64,000 bases of DNA from assembly GCA_973851085.1 (NCBI GenBank), contig OZ316776.1:4154001-4218000 (forward strand), in the 5' to 3' direction. The notes beneath the pieces were generated by a model, which saw nothing but the letters and a program-made list of their open reading frames with translations, was not told the DNA's origin and did no database searches. Positions within the stretch are counted from its first letter, which is position 1. Every line of letters begins with the position of its first letter. This stretch comes from Ptychomitrium polyphyllum. Lineage: Eukaryota. Shown here piece by piece: positions 59,401-64,000 of this stretch. Position numbers and translations under genes: made by a program.

Positions 59401-62400
59401 ATATCCCCAAGTCTTGCTAACAACATTTTACGTTTTGCTGCGCCGCTCCAACACAATCAATTAAAAGCATCTTACAAACTGGTTCGCAGAGTGACGCTCA
59501 GAAAAGAAGAAAAAACATACTCGACGTAGTTACACGGGGACCACCCTCTGGTACTTTAAAAACAATGTGAAAATAGGGCTGTACTGCACAGTTAAACTTC
59601 AACAGACGGTTGAAAAACAAATCCAAAAACTTGTATTCATTCTCAATCTCGCCTGCTGCACCGAGTTAACATAAATCCTATCCTTTCACACAAAATTCTA
59701 AGGGTTGCAATCCAACTCTAAACAACCACAAGAGCCTTTAGAAATTAGTCTCCGAAGAAAAGACCAGCTCAAAGGATGAAAACTAAAAGTATGCTAAAAT
59801 TCATGTTGAGCTACTTACCATCACGATCACGCTGGTATTTGGAAAGGATCAAACTAGTCTCCTGTATCCTGGAATCAACTTTAACAACCTCCTTCTCGGC
59901 ATTTGAGCATTTCTGGCCTGTTTCCGCTGCACTTGCTTTGCTTAAACTGATACAAAAAATAGCTATCAAACGTATGCATATAGCTTGAGATAGTTTATGG
60001 GAGCCTACAAAACTGTCAAAATGGATTCTCTGACAGGTCAAATTGACACAACTACAAAGATTCCACAAATTTGTAATAGTTAATTGTAAGCTACTACAAC
60101 CTGTCACCGTCTATCCTAATAGATCAGTAGAACAACATCTCAACTGCCGGTCAAATCCACAGATTGCAAGAAATTTTTAATAGGTAAGGCATACCGCAAT
60201 GCAGTCTCTATCTCTCGCTTCAAATCCTTTGACTCGGGTAATCTTTTTAAAGCTTTCCTAATTGCTTCTTTTTTGTCTGCTATACTGGTCACACAAACAA
60301 TTTCACATTGATTACGAGATCACGCAGAGGTGATGCTGTAAAAAATTCGCCAGGTCTAATTCCTAAACACTACTTAAAATGTAACCGTGATAGGCTAATC
60401 CGGCATTTTATAGCAAAATGTCAAGCATCACTAAAGACATCAAACATGTAGCTGGCAGGGAGCAAATAGAGAGCATGCACAATTGAATGAAGTTAAGGTG
60501 ACGGTACGTACAGTTTCTGAAGAATCTGTTCCTTGTCTGCAAGTTCTTCCTGTTTTAACCTCAAACCAGCAAGATCAGCAGAATCACTGGCTAACATATC
60601 TTTTTCACGTCGTAACAATTTAAGCTGGGTCTCCAAATCGTTTAGGTTATGTTTACCCTCATCTATCATTGCCTCATACTGAACATCGTCTTCCTTCGAT
60701 TGTAAGGCTTTAACCTCCGAGATCTGCACTCCAGCAGTACAATTTACTAATAGAAACAACGATATAGTTGAGATTTTTAAACACGATAATAGAATTACTT
60801 AATCTATCTATAATAGAAGATTGCCTTTATCATTTAACAAAGCTTGTAACAGAACTTGGATTAGGAGCCATTAACTCGAATTTTAAGTACAGGGGGATTC
60901 GAAACTTTCTAGATCATACTCCTCTGTACCAAACCAAGGATTCAAACTTACTGCCTTAGCCTCCGTTGCATCAAGTCGACGCATTACACCATCTGAAATT
61001 TCAGATCCAGATGCAATTTCTTCTTCGAGCTGTGATATGGCTGCCTCTATAGTGGTCTAAACCCAAATTGCCAATTTCAGTAATCATCAACATATTCAAA
61101 CCCCGTGGGGCGTATGAGCATGCAAAGTTAACAAGATCATCATATTCATGCAACAGATAAGTCGTAGAGCAATAAGTACCAAAAGATATTTAATCAAATC
61201 CAGTTGAAGATACATAGCCATTGGTACACAGAAGGAACATACCTTCTTTTCTTGCTTTGCAGTCACTTTGTTTTTTGCACCAAGATACTCTTCACTTCCC
61301 TCTTGAACAGCTCTCCACAACTTGGCAGTCTCTAACTTGTTTGCCTCCTGTAAACACCAACATATAGCATCACCAGCTCAATACGCTGCTGCAGTTTGTG
61401 AAGCGCACACCAGAAGAGAAAAATGATACATTGCGTTGCAAATGACCCTATCGAGTTTCTCAAACGACTAACATCCTCATCTGGAATCTATATGATCCGA
61501 TACGTGTACTGTTAAAACTGCTGTACCTTCTCAGATTTTGTGCTCTTACTAGCTTCACATTGAGACAGTAACCTTCATTTTGGACGAATGTGAAACGATG
61601 AACCTAATCATAGATAACGAACACCTTTCCTGTAAACTAATCTCCATAAGACATGAGATCTAATGCATTGTACTTACATGAGGGGGCTACTCAGCTTACA
61701 AAGCAAAAAAGGAGGAGGTATATGCAAAAAACATTACACAACAAATTACAGCTGTTTGGTCTGGGATCTACAGTAATGCTTTGTACTTCCAAAGCTTCCA
61801 AGCACACAGTACTGAGGCATCGTAAATTTTAAGAATTATGCATATCCACACTGAATTACCATTGTGAACTCCGCTTACTGCTTGTAACACCGTGACGTAC
61901 TGCTATTCAGGAAACTAGCAGTAAAGCAACCAAGTACTCAATACCTTTAGCTGATGATAATCCTTATTGAGTTGCTCAAACCGCTGACCAACACGGTGGA
62001 CAAGGCGTCGGTCGTCTTCAAATTCCAGATGAGTCCCAACGTTTCCTAAATTATGTTCCGCAAACACTTTGCGAATCTCGTTCTCCAATTCCATTTTTGC
62101 CTTTTCGTTTCCCTGTCATGCACACAGTCACAACAGTTGATTAATTTTTTTGAAGCAATTTAAGAAAAAAGCAGCATAACGCACCAGTTTATATGCAGTC
62201 CAGGCTCTCGTTACAACCTAAATGCTTCAACGTAGCAGTGTCCTCATAGTGGAACATACCTCTACTTCGTTTTGTAGCTTGCCCTGTAAAGTATAATTCC
62301 TACTGTGCTGGTCAGAAAGTTCCTTTCTTTCAGTTTCAGCATCTTTAAGGCCCCTTTCAAAAGTCATTTGGCTCTGCCTCAGCTCAGCAATGTGGTCCTT

Positions 62401-63891
62401 GAAATTATTTTGCCAACCAAGGAGTTCCTCGTCCGGATCTATCCGAGCAAATTCTTGTCTCAGTAAAATGAATAACCAATATTGAAACGTTACGATCAAG
62501 TAATTGCCCAACAAGCTCAGTATCTTTCGACTACATCAAGACTACAAACTGCCATTGTTATGAAATCCAACAATACTTTTAAAAAATAGAACAAATAAGC
62601 ATAAGTTCTGCGAGATAAAGGTCACATCAAAGCAAGGTATTGTCAAATTGAAATATATTATAACATCCTTGATACTGAAACAGCCTAATCACCTCAGTAT
62701 CAAATTTACAAGCATCTCATTCAAAAATCAAATAAGGTAGCAGTTTGCCTTAGTTAGATGATACCTACACACCAACTTCACAGTTCTTAACATGACTAAT
62801 ACCAAAATCTTATTGACAAGAAACCGACCTGTGATCTCTTCACCGAGAGCTTGAAACTGTTCATCCTTCTGTTTCTTTAACATCTCTCTTACCGACTCCT
62901 TGATATCTATTTCTTTCGTCAGTTTGCCATATTGTTTCAAACCCTCTTCCATAACACTTATCCTCCTGCAAGAATCGTAAATCGTCTTTTCCAAATCCTG
63001 GACTTGCTTGCGCAAGAAATCAGACTTTCCCAGATCTTGATCGATGTTCTCTTGAAACTGCACACCTCAATATGGAACAAGAAAAAGTACTCAAACCATT
63101 AATCTGCACAACTTGAAGGGAAAATGAAAAATCTCATAAACAATATCAAAAAACCAACTCAAGACCTGCTACATACGTAAGTGACAACCGGCCTTTAGCA
63201 ACATACACGATATGACACTCCTGATGAACAGTCAACAGAGTCTACGACAACCACGTGACCATGAGAATATGATAAGTACCTGCCAACCACGGAGCCATTT
63301 CAGGGGAGGAAATACTGGAAACATCTACCCAAAATGTGAGCACGAATTTAAAACCTTATTCTTTTTCTTGAGTTGGTTCAAGAAATGCTTACTCTATGAG
63401 CTGTGTCCTTCAAAGTTCTCAGATTTTCCAATTTCAGTTTGTACATCTTAATTCCCTGCGCTTGATCCTTGTGCAACTTCTTTAAGACCTCCAAGGCTTT
63501 CGTGTACCTATCAAGTTCCAAATTTAACAAAGAATTTTGTCCCAACACCAATATTTGCAAAGCTGGCGCAATCCATTAGGCTCCAAACCACATCACGCAA
63601 CAGGTTATTTATTCAAACCATGTGCGCAACAATATAAGTCTTCTCCGTCATACCCGGTATTTAGAGTTGACCTTCAGCACGAGCAATCAAATGTCTTTAT
63701 AAGGGCAAGAACTACCTGGTGGCAGAAAATATATCATCAAACTTTCTCTTAAGAACAGAAGGCTCGGCTAAAGGCCAATTTGCTTCGTCCTGGTGCACAA
63801 ATATCACATTTTCCAAAATCGCTTTCGACACTCCCATAAGAGCAGGAATCTCCCTATCTATATCGGCGCACTTATAGCTCAGAGCAACTTT
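53411..63891 (-). CDS. RAD50: DNA repair protein RAD50 (MRN complex SMC-like ATPase), 5'-partial
   Basis: 24 in-frame exons (5'->3' on minus): 63891-63716, 63507-63393, 63057-62829, 62438-62260, 62112-61945, 61347-61243, 61056-60952, 60723-60512, 60284-60195, 59946-59819, 59437-59323, 58981-58852, 58667-58458, 58161-57953, 57621-57420, 56812-56643, 56361-56037, 55711-55586, 55392-55340, 55055-54905, 54463-54401, 54085-53952, 53734-53606, 53450-53411. Q-loop [24 protein letters not shown], coiled coils, zinc hook CPCC (58897-58908), signature [10 protein letters not shown], Walker B/D-loop [12 protein letters not shown]-loop IITHDE, C-terminus [13 protein letters not shown]. Confidence 0.98.
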
Positions 63892-64000
63892 CTGCACACA
63901 CAAATCCATCAAAGTCGCATAGAGCCGACATGTCGGGACAACTACTCGTATACATTTACATATAACACGAATCCAATTAAATTTATCCATAGAAAAACAT

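Overview
Eukaryotic, intron-rich land-plant DNA, most likely a moss (inferred from the gene families, the intron style and the AT-rich decayed-transposon spacers). It is not prokaryotic, so most ORF-track entries are exon fragments or noise. Five protein-coding genes can be rebuilt from GT-AG splice sites: (1) the 5' part of a PPR gene with a mitochondrial-type presequence (minus strand, runs off the left edge); (2) a complete 8-exon WD40 LEC14B/DCAF11(WDR23)-like gene; (3) a complete 10-exon USP-domain receptor-like cytoplasmic kinase; (4) an intronless, probably N-myristoylated RLCK that lacks the catalytic Asp and looks like a pseudokinase; (5) RAD50 (24 exons visible, minus strand, 5' end beyond the right edge). 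The AT-rich spacers hold transposon fossils that the ORF track misses: two Mutator/MULE transposase relics (one with a SWIM finger), a pogo/DDE_1-type relic and a gag-type zinc knuckle. There is also a 12 x 37-bp minisatellite, several microsatellites and a 100-N assembly gap. The best novelty candidates are a pre-miRNA-like hairpin in an orphan GC-rich island (~22.6 kb), the pseudokinase with a duplicated C-terminal motif, and a five-fold RxxS ladder in the USP kinase. I found no convincing new multi-gene system. All family assignments come from motif recognition by eye, not from database searches.
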